Part shown: positions 63,213 to 64,000 of the stretch, in pieces
How the letters are laid out: the number at the start of each line of letters is the position of its first letter
Position numbering within the stretch: the first letter of the stretch is position 1
NCBI GenBank assembly: GCA_031285625.1
Contig: JAITVV010000073.1
Location: 1-64,000 of the forward strand
DNA length: 64,000 nt
Direction of reading: 5' to 3'
DNA from: Prevotella sp.
Lineage (GTDB): Bacteria; Bacteroidota; Bacteroidia; Bacteroidales; Dysgonomonadaceae
The notes under the pieces: generated by a model
Databases searched by the model: none
Told to the model about the DNA's origin: nothing
What the model saw: only the letters and a program-made list of their open reading frames with translations
Made by a program: the position numbers and the translations under genes

Positions 63213-64000
63213 ATGAAAAAAACATTATTATTTTCAGTTGCAGCATTAATAGTTATGCTCAGCTCATGTGGAAAGAAAGAGGCATCCTTATCCGGAGCAG
63301 GAGCAACATTTCCTGCACCGTTCTATAATATAGTATTCAAAGAATATGCAAAATCAGGTAATGATGTCACATATGGGGCCATTGGTAGTGGTGGAGGAAT
63401 TCGCAGTCTGAAAGATAAAACAGTGGACTTTGGAGCCACAGATGTTTTCCTTTCGGAGAACGAACTTCAGGAAATGGGTGCCGATATTGTACATATCCCA
63501 ACAGCATTGGGCGGAGTTGTTCTTTCATATAATCTGAAAGACGTAAAAGACCTAAAACTTACAGCAGATATAATCTCCGATATTTACAGGGGGAAAGTTA
63601 CAAACTGGAACGATGCTAAATTAAAAGAGTTAAACCCCGCATTAAATCTACCAGATAAAAAAATAATTCCTGTTTACCGTTCAGATGGTAGTGGAACAAC
63701 ATCCGTGTTCTCCGAATATATGTCGAAAGTAAACGAAGCATGGAAAGTAGAAATCGGAGAAGGAAAATCATTAAAATTCCCTGAAGGTATTGCTGCTAAA
63801 GGAAATCCTGGTGTAGCAGGTATTATCGCCGAAACAGAGGGAGCAATAGGATATATAGGTTCTGAATACGCATTAGCGTTGAATATGTCTTCTGCTCTGC
63901 TCCAAAATAGTTCAGGTAATTTTGTCGCCGCTGATAGTAAAAGTATTTCAGCTTCTGCAAATGTAGATATACCTAATGATACACGTGTAGTAATTACCAA
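63213..64000 (+). CDS. pstS: Phosphate ABC transporter substrate-binding lipoprotein (partial; absent from the ORF track)
   Basis: MKKTLLFSVAALIVMLSSC...GAGATFPAPFY...GSGGGI...VDFGATD...RSDGSGTT...KGNPGV; runs off the window end. Confidence 0.95.
   Translation, partial: MKKTLLFSVAALIVMLSSCGKKEASLSGAGATFPAPFYNIVFKEYAKSGNDVTYGAIGSGGGIRSLKDKTVDFGATDVFLSENELQEMGADIVHIPTALGGVVLSYNLKDVKDLKLTADIISDIYRGKVTNWNDAKLKELNPALNLPDKKIIPVYRSDGSGTTSVFSEYMSKVNEAWKVEIGEGKSLKFPEGIAAKGNPGVAGIIAETEGAIGYIGSEYALALNMSSALLQNSSGNFVAADSKSISASANVDIPNDTRVVIT

Noticed and set aside
63674-64000. 108-aa minus-strand ORF at the window end
   Set aside because: Antisense shadow of pstS, which the track missed because it has no stop within the window.
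1-64000. CRISPR arrays, rRNA genes, intact transposases or integrases, invertible promoters
   Set aside because: No regularly spaced repeats, no 16S/23S/5S signature, no recombinase ORF and no long inverted repeats flanking a promoter were found by eye; subtle cases could have been missed.

Overview
AT-rich Bacteroidota (Bacteroidales, Dysgonomonas-like by gene content and TAnnTTTG promoters; taxonomy is inference) chromosomal window. It holds the tail of a SusD gene, a broken fucose operon (5'-truncated and frameshifted fucA, then fucK and fucP), a sigma-54 two-component system convergent with a TolC/adaptor/ABC efflux operon, tRNA-Arg, pheS, a CoA-transferase, a yeiH-LysR-mdh module, tRNA-Met, lptF-ribBA-aspC, carAB, an AraC/MarR-RND efflux locus, a hybrid two-component system, two outer-membrane barrel genes (one with an in-frame amber codon), an arsR remnant, a PTP lipoprotein, a Spy-like protein, an AddB-like nuclease, a MATE pump and the start of pstS. 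I saw no CRISPR array, rRNA gene or intact mobile element. The most unusual items are: (1) an orphan lipoprotein fusing a fasciclin domain, a SusC-like extracellular-loop motif and a compact SusD domain; (2) an rRNA-operon-like promoter/leader with no rRNA, joined directly to truncated fucA; (3) a promoter-hairpin-uORF-terminator element upstream of carAB. All assignments come from reading motifs by eye; no searches were run.
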